Shown here: piece after piece, positions 18,525-26,177 of the stretch
How positions within the stretch are numbered: position 1 is the first letter of the stretch
Layout of the letters: the number at the start of each line of letters is the position of its first letter
Origin: a virus
Lineage: Duplodnaviria; Caudoviricetes
Direction: 5' to 3' (one strand)
DNA length: 64,000 bases
IMG/VR virus record: IMGVR_UViG_3300033555_000001
Coordinates: 192,001-256,000 of that record
Notes under the pieces: model-generated
What the model was told of the DNA's origin: nothing
Databases searched by the model: none
Seen by the model: the letters and a program-made list of their open reading frames with translations, nothing else
Program-made: the position numbers and the translations under genes

Positions 18525-18812
18525 TTGGAGAATAAATTGAATCTTGTTGAAACATTAAACAGAGCACGCGAGCTTGCCGGAATGGAGCCGCTGTCAGAAG
18601 CTGCAGCCAAAAAAATATCTAGCCCGTCATATAAAATTACATGGGAGGGTTATCCAAATAATCCTAAGCCAGAAACTCATGGCATTGAGTATTTTACAGA
18701 TGACCTGGCATTTGACAATGATGATCGTAATAAAATTAAAGATCTCGGAGTTGGCGACAAACATGTTATGGCTGGTCCTATGGACTCCGTCACGGTTGTT
18801 CGGATAAAGTAA
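18525..18812 (+). CDS. Putative internal head protein (LAG-x-x-PLSE leader)
   Basis: TLNRARELAGMEPLSEA; GGAG RBS, TTG start. Confidence 0.55.
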   Translation: MENKLNLVETLNRARELAGMEPLSEAAAKKISSPSYKITWEGYPNNPKPETHGIEYFTDDLAFDNDDRNKIKDLGVGDKHVMAGPMDSVTVVRIK

Positions 18813-18829
18813 TCTAGTTAAAAGTAGTT

Positions 18830-18860
18830 TTTAAAGGGCCTGTTTCTTGCAGGCCCTTTT
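18830..18860 (+). terminator. Tube terminator copy 2 (full stem)
   Basis: AAAGGGCCTG-tttcttg-CAGGCCCTTT-T. Confidence 0.8.
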
Positions 18861-18933
18861 AGTATGCGCAGTAGATTAATACACACGCTTGAGTATAGCT
18901 AAATATCTTATTACTTTATAGCCTGGAAATATA

Positions 18934-19245
18934 ATGAAACTTAGCGAAATTATTGGCGAGTCAGCGGTTAGTTACACGGTTCAGCCGACAAAACGATTTT
19001 GGCTGGTATTTGCCGAGCCCACATCCTTTAAGCAGTTAACACAGGATAAAAAATTCCTGGCGCACGCCGGCCCGCACACTACTTTTTTAGACGTTTCAGA
19101 TGTTGAAGATGTTAAACTGTCTCCTGGCGAAAATAAGTGGAATGCTATGAAGCGGCTTTATAGTAATGACGAAGATGAAATCACTTGCTCCAACTCTGGT
19201 GTTCCAACAGAATGGGTGTGTCTTGCAATCAACGTGTCCATCTAA
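18934..19245 (+). CDS. Hypothetical late protein with capsid-targeting-like N-terminus
   Basis: MKLSEIIGE; TAAATA upstream. Confidence 0.55.
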   Translation: MKLSEIIGESAVSYTVQPTKRFWLVFAEPTSFKQLTQDKKFLAHAGPHTTFLDVSDVEDVKLSPGENKWNAMKRLYSNDEDEITCSNSGVPTEWVCLAINVSI

Positions 19246-19247
19246 AA

Positions 19248-20537
19248 ATGCCCGACATCTCAAAATTAGTTAAAGTTGCCGGTATTGATGCCGAGAGAAC
19301 GGCCACCGAGCTGTTCGGCATTGCCGTGGAGGACTTTGCGGCCAAGCCACTGAATGCACTATTAAAGGGTGCATTAGGTGGGCCTGAGAATCCGCCGGTG
19401 AACCGCAACGATGGATCGTGGTATGCAACCTCGTACGCCGCAAGCCAGGCTAACTCACTGTTTCGCCCAAAGCTAAAGTTCTTATTTCGCGTTGAATTCT
19501 TGTTTAAGCCTGAAATTTTAGAGCAATACCAGGCACAAACAGCCGCGTGGAAAAATAACTTTACGTTCCTAATTAAGTCAGTCGATCGCCCTAAGGTTGA
19601 CTTTGAATACGAAGAAATCAATCAGTACAATTTTAGAACAAAAGTTCTAAAGATGATCAAGCACCGAGAGCTCACCATGACCTTCTCGGACGACGTTGGA
19701 AATACAGTGTATGAATTTTTTAGATTCATGCTCATGGTGCACTCTCCAATTACCCGACGCTCAGCTGGTTCCTCGCACAACATTGCGGACTATACTTCCT
19801 CTTCCAGCACCGGAAATGGTATGTTATTCTCTGGAAATCTGGGCAACTTAGAAGACAGCGCCAGCCGTGGCGTGCTTAACACTGACGTTGGTAATGCGAT
19901 TCAGGCAATTAAAATTACTCAGATGTTTGTACAGCCGGGCTCGGCTCAGCATGATCTTGATACTGGCGCAAAAGAAGTCTCGTTTATCTTTATTAACCCG
20001 CGTATGGTTTCTTTTGATCTTGATGATTTGAACCATGAGACCAGTGAAGCAAACTTGTTTACTATGCAGTTTGATTACGACTCAATGGTGCTCACTGACG
20101 CCAGATTGCTGCAGGCCCTGCCACCTGAAAAATCAATGCCACCAGTAGGCACTGCTCCTGGAGAAGCCGCACCGACTGGTCGAGCTCCTGGAGATCAAAA
20201 TCCAGAGGGTAATAATAATCCTTATACCAAGCTGCTGTCGGGAGTTGCTGCCAGAGCAGCACAACGCATCACTAGCGAAACAATTGGCCGCCAACTGCGC
20301 CGCGTGCCGGGGTTAGGATCAGTATCAGATGTACTTGGCGGGCTTGTGCAGGGGATTACGCGTGACCGTGTAGCCGGGCTTGGGTCAGCGCTTAATCAGT
20401 CTTTTGCCAGACCAAGTCGCGATGTTGTTTCTGATAACTCAACCGCCGGCCGTGACAGCAGCACCTTTGTTACCTCACGTGGCGGATTTGGCACTGATCA
20501 ACCAAGCGTAGACTCAATAGAAGAATCGGGAACATAA
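19248..20537 (+). CDS. Tail-tube-fold baseplate/tube-initiator protein (gp48/gp54-like)
   Basis: PKLKFLFRVEF...IKSVDRPKVDFEYEEINQYNFR...LTMTFSDD...MQFDYD; ATG 19248 preferred over 19185. Confidence 0.6.
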   Translation: MPDISKLVKVAGIDAERTATELFGIAVEDFAAKPLNALLKGALGGPENPPVNRNDGSWYATSYAASQANSLFRPKLKFLFRVEFLFKPEILEQYQAQTAAWKNNFTFLIKSVDRPKVDFEYEEINQYNFRTKVLKMIKHRELTMTFSDDVGNTVYEFFRFMLMVHSPITRRSAGSSHNIADYTSSSSTGNGMLFSGNLGNLEDSASRGVLNTDVGNAIQAIKITQMFVQPGSAQHDLDTGAKEVSFIFINPRMVSFDLDDLNHETSEANLFTMQFDYDSMVLTDARLLQALPPEKSMPPVGTAPGEAAPTGRAPGDQNPEGNNNPYTKLLSGVAARAAQRITSETIGRQLRRVPGLGSVSDVLGGLVQGITRDRVAGLGSALNQSFARPSRDVVSDNSTAGRDSSTFVTSRGGFGTDQPSVDSIEESGT

Positions 20538-20983
20538 TGGCCGGAACACGCAAAACATTTCAGGGAAGATTTATGCCTAAGAACCCAGGTAAATACTTGG
20601 GCAACGTTGGGAAAATAATTTTTCGATCAGGTTGGGAACTGCGAATGTTTCAGTGGTTTGATGCTACCCCATCTGTTTTACAGTGGGCAAGCGAAGAGTT
20701 TTCAGTTCCATATCTGTCACCACTTGATAACAAAGTGCACCAGTACTATCCGGATGCGTTTGTCATCTATAAAGATAAGTTTGGAAATTTGCAAAAAGAA
20801 ATTATTGAAATTAAACCGTACAAAGAAACAGTGCTTGGCCCAAAATCAACAGAGCGTGACAAGTTAGCGTGGGTAGTTAATCAGGCTAAATGGAAAGCTG
20901 CCGCACTGTTTGCTGAGCAACAGGGCTCTAAGTTCCGAGTAGTAACAGAAAAGTCTATGTTCGCCAATGGAAAAACAAAATGA
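20537..20983 (+). CDS. Head completion nuclease (T4 gp4-like, TnsA-N fold)
   Basis: GRFMPKNPGKYLG...RSGWE...WASEE...YYPD...IEIKP...NQAKW. Confidence 0.85.
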   Translation: MAGTRKTFQGRFMPKNPGKYLGNVGKIIFRSGWELRMFQWFDATPSVLQWASEEFSVPYLSPLDNKVHQYYPDAFVIYKDKFGNLQKEIIEIKPYKETVLGPKSTERDKLAWVVNQAKWKAAALFAEQQGSKFRVVTEKSMFANGKTK

Positions 20984-21462
20984 TTCTTTTGCGAGAACTG
21001 TTGGGCAGCCCTCTCGAATATACTTGGGTACAGCAACACGATGCTTACTGGAGAGCAGAATTTTTTGTTAATGGAGTTAGTTACTCAGTTATTGCAAGTG
21101 AAGAAAATAATTTTAAAGATGAAGGCGGAAATGATGCCGTGTATTGGGAAATATCGTTTGCGCAAACTGAAAAATCATTGACTGGAACTAAAACTAATTC
21201 TGGTGGAGAGTTACAAGTTTTTTCAACCGTTCAAGCAGCGGTGTTTGATTTCTTAGATCAGAAAAAACCCGATTGGATTGGCATAAGCTCAACTAAAAAA
21301 GAAGAGAACAGATTTAATTTATACTTACGAATGATCAACCGGTTAACGAGTAAACTTAACGGTATGGGTTATTCTTTGCATTCGTGCCCAACTTATGGAG
21401 ACACGTCTATCCAGCAATATCTGGATCAATATGAAACTTATTGCATGAGAAAAACAAAATGA
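20980..21462 (+). CDS. Hypothetical protein, paralogue of 23890; capsid-targeting-like N-terminus
   Basis: MILLRELL; WEISF...SGGELQVFSTV...R.NLY. Confidence 0.6.
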   Translation: MILLRELLGSPLEYTWVQQHDAYWRAEFFVNGVSYSVIASEENNFKDEGGNDAVYWEISFAQTEKSLTGTKTNSGGELQVFSTVQAAVFDFLDQKKPDWIGISSTKKEENRFNLYLRMINRLTSKLNGMGYSLHSCPTYGDTSIQQYLDQYETYCMRKTK

Positions 21463-21905
21463 TACCTTCAAAATTTAGTAATCCTCTTGATAGTCTTTTT
21501 GACATTGAAGCGGGTGATCGTGACGAGATGCAGGAATACGTCTCCACAACTGAAAATGAGATAACGGCACAGGCCCCTGCTGTAGTGGAAAAAGATCAAG
21601 AGGACATTGATACTGATCGTAAAATAGACGAGGTGTATGATACTGCGCTTAACTCATTTCAAGAACTAGTAGCGTACACGCAGATTATTGAGCCGCGCTA
21701 CGCAGCCCGCAATGCGGAAGTTGCTGCCACGTACTTAAGCCTGGCACTGCAGGCTGCTACTTCAAAGGCTAAGTTAAAAACCGACCGCAAGCGCGTTGCA
21801 ACGTTTATTCCAGGCGGTAACAAGGTTACTAACAATACTGTTGTGTGTTCAAGAGAAGAAATTATGCGAATGATTTCTGTAGATGCTGAAGTCAAGAAGA
21901 TCTAA
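21459..21905 (+). CDS. Putative terminase small subunit
   Basis: Helical protein of about 150 aa upstream of terL ending NNTVVCSREEIMRMI; function inferred from size and position. Confidence 0.45.
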   Translation: MIPSKFSNPLDSLFDIEAGDRDEMQEYVSTTENEITAQAPAVVEKDQEDIDTDRKIDEVYDTALNSFQELVAYTQIIEPRYAARNAEVAATYLSLALQAATSKAKLKTDRKRVATFIPGGNKVTNNTVVCSREEIMRMISVDAEVKKI

Positions 21906-21928
21906 TTATTAGACAAGGGAGATACACA

Positions 21929-22342
21929 ATGCAATTACTTCAAGAATTATTAGGTTTGCTCAAGGGGCAAAAGCAAAAAGGCAGGTTGACTGAAGCAGAA
22001 AAGACGGGCTATCAGATCAAAGTTGATTCAGCCGTTAGAGGAAATTGGAAGGATTCGCATTTGAATGCTGCTTCACTTGACGATATAGCCAGTGCGGTTT
22101 CCGCTTCACCAGTAGATGATCAGGCTCATGACAAATTTAACCTGAGCAAACTTACCACATTAGTTACAGATTTTATTGGTGTTGGGCCTGGTGGTCAAGG
22201 AACATCCTGGGAAGAAATAGACTATGACGTGGTATCCTTACAAGATGATGTGCTGAAAATTAGCTGGAGATTTTCAGGTGTAAAGCAGAGCGACACAGAA
22301 GTGGTAAAAACAGGCATGATTACAATAATGCCAGCTGAATAA
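21929..22342 (+). CDS. Hypothetical protein with MQLLQEL leader
   Basis: GGAG RBS; flanked by 42-bp repeats 21864-21905 and 22349-22390. Confidence 0.6.
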   Translation: MQLLQELLGLLKGQKQKGRLTEAEKTGYQIKVDSAVRGNWKDSHLNAASLDDIASAVSASPVDDQAHDKFNLSKLTTLVTDFIGVGPGGQGTSWEEIDYDVVSLQDDVLKISWRFSGVKQSDTEVVKTGMITIMPAE

Positions 22343-22348
22343 AATAAC

Positions 22349-22390
22349 ATGCGAAAGATCTCTGTAGACGCTGAAGTCAAGAAGATTTAA
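22349..22390 (+). repeat. 42-bp copy of the 3' end of ORF 21459 (other copy 21864-21905)
   Basis: atgcgaaagatctctgtagacgctgaagtcaagaagatttaa versus atgcgaatgatttctgtagatgctgaagtcaagaagatctaa, 4 mismatches. Confidence 0.95.
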
Positions 22391-22397
22391 TTTACTA

Positions 22398-22433
22398 AAC
22401 AGATGTACATTAATTTAACAGATGTACATTAAT
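22398..22433. repeat. Tandem 17-bp repeat, period 19
   Basis: aacagatgtacattaat at 22398-22414 and 22417-22433. Confidence 0.9.
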
Positions 22434-22500
22434 GTTGCCATTAAATAACTGAGTCCTGTCTAGCCAGACTCTCTAAATACTCGACAACCTGGAGATAGCC

Positions 22501-22929
22501 GTGCAATTACTGCAAGAACTGATGAGCCTTAAGCTTAAGATTGCTGAGCCAAAACCGCGCGATCCTAATCACAAGATTCTTGCTGATAAAAAGAACGCGG
22601 CTGGTGAGCACCGTGATAAGAAGCGCGAAGAACGCAGTGGTATCTTTAAACATAGAAAAACGCAAGAAGACTTGAGCTTAGCCGAAAAGAAACCTGAAGG
22701 CGCGCCTGATTGGCACGACTCTGATGCTCCAGATGCTAATGGCAGGTTTAGAGAGTTAAGCGTAAATGCGCTTGCTGACTGGTTGATCAAAACTAGAAAC
22801 GGTGATATGCGCCGCATTAACGGTTCGTTGCAGCAACAAATAGTTTTCAATCGTAATAAAGACCCGGCGTACGCCTCAAAAATGGAACGCACTCGTGCGG
22901 CCGTAAAGAGCAAGCTCAAAAAGGATTAA
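22501..22929 (+). CDS. Basic hypothetical protein with MQLLQEL leader
   Basis: GGAG RBS, GTG start; two TAAATA upstream; PRDPN..AGEH.DKK and PDWHDSDAPDA modules. Confidence 0.65.
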   Translation: MQLLQELMSLKLKIAEPKPRDPNHKILADKKNAAGEHRDKKREERSGIFKHRKTQEDLSLAEKKPEGAPDWHDSDAPDANGRFRELSVNALADWLIKTRNGDMRRINGSLQQQIVFNRNKDPAYASKMERTRAAVKSKLKKD

Positions 22930-23219
22930 TGATGACAGCCCTAGTTCCGTCAGTTCCACTGTACACACTTCATATGTCGGAAGCCGGCCAGATCCGTGCT
23001 ATTCTGACTACTGTAAAATCAATGCTTGACAATCCTAACTTCAGGCAGAATTTGATTAACTTGAACGTGGTGCAGGCAAATATTATAGAGCTGCCATATC
23101 CAATGGATTTAATTGGCCGGTTAGAAAAGCTAAGTGAATCAATTCAAGCATTTGAGACAACCGTTTCAACAATTGAAGATGGTATTCGCGGCTCACTTAA
23201 TTACCCGGTTGTCTCGTAA
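22929..23219 (+). CDS. Hypothetical protein
   Basis: Translationally coupled on both sides. Confidence 0.55.
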   Translation: MMTALVPSVPLYTLHMSEAGQIRAILTTVKSMLDNPNFRQNLINLNVVQANIIELPYPMDLIGRLEKLSESIQAFETTVSTIEDGIRGSLNYPVVS

Positions 23220-23893
23220 TGCGGTTTAAAGAATTTCTTGCTGAGATGGCTGCTCCAGCGGAGCAACATCTTTCGTCCGTATATTATCACGGCACTGATG
23301 AAGCCGGTGCACAGGGAATTATGCAGCGTGGAATTGAAGCGGGCGATATTATTTTGCCAACATCAAAAAAGTCGCGCTGCCCAAGTTTAGAACCTGTTCC
23401 CGGTAAAGTGTACATCACGCCAAAAATTGGCTATGCTCAAGTTTACGCAATCGGCGGTGACATGGCTGGTTCAAATTATCGATCAACAGCCGGTCAATCT
23501 ACGCACGGTTATGTTTTTGTAATTAAAGGCAGCCAGTTAAAAGACATACAGCCAGACGAAGATAGTATTGGTGAGATGATTTGGCGGCAATTATATGAGC
23601 CTAAGGACAACAGGTTCTTAAAAACTTATGCCTATATGGCGCAGCAAATTTTAACGCCAAAACAGTTTTTAAAATTAAAAGACGGCGAATACGTAATGTA
23701 CGCGCACGTTGGAAAGAAGCTTTTAGCTAAAATGTCTGATGCGGATAAACTAGAATTCATCAACTTAGGCGCACATATTGCGCATACTGGAAATTTGCAG
23801 CCCGATGAAACCTGGAAAATAGATTTGTCTAAAATGCGAGAAATGAAACGTGACGGCTCTAACTTTTTTGAGTTGGCAGAAAAAGTAAAATGA
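23219..23893 (+). CDS. ADP-ribosyltransferase-fold protein with capsid-targeting-like N-terminus
   Basis: YYHGT...IMQRGI...GKVYITPKIGYAQVYA...YVFVI (H-Y pattern); MRFKEFLAE. Confidence 0.55.
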   Translation: MRFKEFLAEMAAPAEQHLSSVYYHGTDEAGAQGIMQRGIEAGDIILPTSKKSRCPSLEPVPGKVYITPKIGYAQVYAIGGDMAGSNYRSTAGQSTHGYVFVIKGSQLKDIQPDEDSIGEMIWRQLYEPKDNRFLKTYAYMAQQILTPKQFLKLKDGEYVMYAHVGKKLLAKMSDADKLEFINLGAHIAHTGNLQPDETWKIDLSKMREMKRDGSNFFELAEKVK

Positions 23894-24327
23894 TTACATT
23901 TAAAGAATTTCTGGGCGAGCTCTTGAATCGCAAAGTTGAGTACACGGTAGACCGTGAATCAAACACTAGCTTTCAAACATCTGCCAATATTGGAGATCGC
24001 ACAATTAAGTTCAGTGCGTGGGTAACAGACGAGCCTGATGCGTGGGAGATCTTATTTTCAGAGCGCAACGATAAAATAAGCGGTACTTATTCGGCCACTG
24101 GCAGTGGGAATGAGCTCGAAGTATTCAGCATGGTCAAGGATTCAATTCTTGAACTAATTTCAAAGTACAGCCCTGCAAAAATTACTTTTACCGCTGACAA
24201 AGAGGGCAATAAGCGCGCCAGCGTTTATGATAAGCTTTTAAAAAGATTTAAAGTTCCTGGTTACACTCACAGCAGAGTAGATGGTTCAGGATTTGAGGAA
24301 TTTGTTATTGTGAGAAATGATGATTAA
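23890..24327 (+). CDS. Hypothetical protein, paralogue of 20980; capsid-targeting-like N-terminus
   Basis: MITFKEFLGE; WEILF...TGSGNELEVFSMV...RASVY. Confidence 0.6.
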   Translation: MITFKEFLGELLNRKVEYTVDRESNTSFQTSANIGDRTIKFSAWVTDEPDAWEILFSERNDKISGTYSATGSGNELEVFSMVKDSILELISKYSPAKITFTADKEGNKRASVYDKLLKRFKVPGYTHSRVDGSGFEEFVIVRNDD

Positions 24328-24583
24328 AACTGTACCTTCATTCAAGGAATTTTTAATCCTTGAAGACACCGCCGTAGATACTGCGCTGCAAAATAAGTCC
24401 GAGAAGAGCGGAATTAAAAAGAGCATTTTGCGAGCAGTCTACAACCGTGGCCTGGCAGCTTTTAAATCTAGCCACAGACCTGGAACAAACTCAAGTCAGT
24501 GGGCGCACGCTCGAGTCAATAGCTTTATTGATGGCGGCCCAGCCCGTAAATCAGATCAAGATCTTTGGGATAAGCGATCATGA
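24317..24583 (+). CDS. Small basic protein (DUF5824-like)
   Basis: ALQNKSEKSGI...VYNRGLAAF..SHRPG...WAHARVNSF; VPSFKEFLILE leader. Confidence 0.6.
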   Translation: MMIKTVPSFKEFLILEDTAVDTALQNKSEKSGIKKSILRAVYNRGLAAFKSSHRPGTNSSQWAHARVNSFIDGGPARKSDQDLWDKRS

Positions 24584-24954
24584 GCATTGCAATGGATAAC
24601 TTACTTGGACAATTACTGCTGGCACGCACCGTTGCACACGTGCTGCATTGGAAAGTAAAATCGCTGTCTCTTCACCTGGCTCTTGGCGAGCTCTATGAAC
24701 AGCTTACCGAGCTTACTGACGAACTTGCCGAAATATACATGGGCACATACGGCACAGAGGGTGGAGTACCAGTAAACGATCCTGCCGCAAATATTTTAAG
24801 CCAAGACGATCCACTGGTTTTTATAAAAGAACTTCATGATGGTTTAGCTCAAGTCAAAGACAGTTTGCCACAAGATGGTTTTATTATCAATAAGTACGAA
24901 GAAATCCAGGCTCTTGTTTCTCGCGCTAAGTTCAAAATGGAAAATTTAAAGTGA
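24580..24954 (+). CDS. Ferritin/Dps-like four-helix protein (DUF5856-like)
   Basis: AHVLHWKVKSLSLHLALGELYE...DELAEIYMG. Confidence 0.7.
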   Translation: MSIAMDNLLGQLLLARTVAHVLHWKVKSLSLHLALGELYEQLTELTDELAEIYMGTYGTEGGVPVNDPAANILSQDDPLVFIKELHDGLAQVKDSLPQDGFIINKYEEIQALVSRAKFKMENLK

Positions 24955-25565
24955 CTCCCTCAGACTTTCAGCCGCCGGTTATTCAGTTTAAAAAATTAGA
25001 CGACTTGCCGCCAGGCCGGCCAAATACTTCGGATGAAGTAATGCGCGCCATGACCGTGTTACATAAAATGTTGCACGCCCAATCAGAGGCTTATGGTGGC
25101 AAAGATTCTAAATTGCTGGCCGCTGGCATTGCCGAGGCTGCTCCAACGTTTAAAACGTTTTTGCGGTTGTGTGAAGCGCAAGAACTCTCTGATACTGAAA
25201 AAGCGCGCAGGTCGGATCTCTATGATCGCTGGAAAAAACTGATTAACATGTCACCGGGCGCCGTTGAAAAATTTAAAAAGCAGCAACTAGAAGTCGCGCG
25301 CAAAAACCCAAAATTGTATCCTGGGTTAAAACCAGCAGCAGCAAAATCAATTGGCATTTCTTCAGGCGTGCAGAGTGCAGACTGGATTATTAAAATGAAG
25401 CGCTCCCCTGTGGCGCTGTGGACGCCGGAAATGTGGAAGTGGGCTGGCAAACAAGTAAGCTTTGTTTCTAGAATGAGCGGCAACGCTGGTCCTCTTTTTG
25501 ATAAGGACGGCAATCCAACTCGCAAATTGCTATCGCTAAAAATTTGGGGCAACGACCCAACGTAA
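24951..25565 (+). CDS. DUF3140-like protein
   Basis: WKKLINMSP..VEKF...SFVSRM...LLSLKIWGNDP. Confidence 0.5.
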   Translation: MTPSDFQPPVIQFKKLDDLPPGRPNTSDEVMRAMTVLHKMLHAQSEAYGGKDSKLLAAGIAEAAPTFKTFLRLCEAQELSDTEKARRSDLYDRWKKLINMSPGAVEKFKKQQLEVARKNPKLYPGLKPAAAKSIGISSGVQSADWIIKMKRSPVALWTPEMWKWAGKQVSFVSRMSGNAGPLFDKDGNPTRKLLSLKIWGNDPT

Positions 25566-25595
25566 GCACTGCCGGCCGGCAAAACTAAATACAGG

Positions 25596-26177
25596 ATGCA
25601 CACACATCCTGTAATAGTATATCTGCACGGGCTTAACTCTACCCGTCATTCCTTTGCATACCTGGGCCACAAGCTTGGGCACTGCGACATTAAACTAATC
25701 GATTATGATTCTCACCAACCACTGCACATGTCTATTGCGCAAGTTGCAAGACAGTTGCCGCCTGGTCGTGAACTTATTTTAATCGGGCACTCGCTGGGTG
25801 GGGTGATTGCGATGAATCTTGCGCTTGACATGCCCGAAATTGTTAGAGTTATTACTATTTCTGCACCGTTAGGTGGCTCAAGAGCGGCAACATTCTTACG
25901 CTGGTTTAGTTCAATGATGGTGGTTGGAGATATTACTCCTACTTCGCGCGCAATTACCAGAATTCAGTCTTCACTGCCCTGCCCAGTGCTTTCAATTATT
26001 TCTACTGGTGGGCACTTGCCAACATCACAAGAACAAAACGACAGCGTAGTTACTCTTAACTCGCAGCGCGCCCTTAAAGACGCGGCAAAAATTGAAATAC
26101 GCGCTAACCACTTTGAAATTCTAATGCACGACGCCACCGCTGATGCTATTTTAGCGTTTGTGCAGGAGTGCTGCTAG
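25596..26177 (+). CDS. Alpha/beta hydrolase (esterase/lipase-like)
   Basis: YLHGLNS; GHSLGG nucleophile elbow; NDSVV; NHFEIL. Confidence 0.85.
   Translation: MHTHPVIVYLHGLNSTRHSFAYLGHKLGHCDIKLIDYDSHQPLHMSIAQVARQLPPGRELILIGHSLGGVIAMNLALDMPEIVRVITISAPLGGSRAATFLRWFSSMMVVGDITPTSRAITRIQSSLPCPVLSIISTGGHLPTSQEQNDSVVTLNSQRALKDAAKIEIRANHFEILMHDATADAILAFVQECC

Noticed and set aside
17882-20537. Programmed frameshift tail-assembly chaperone after the tube
   Set aside because: No slippery site with overlapping extended ORF identified; intervening ORFs look like independent inserts
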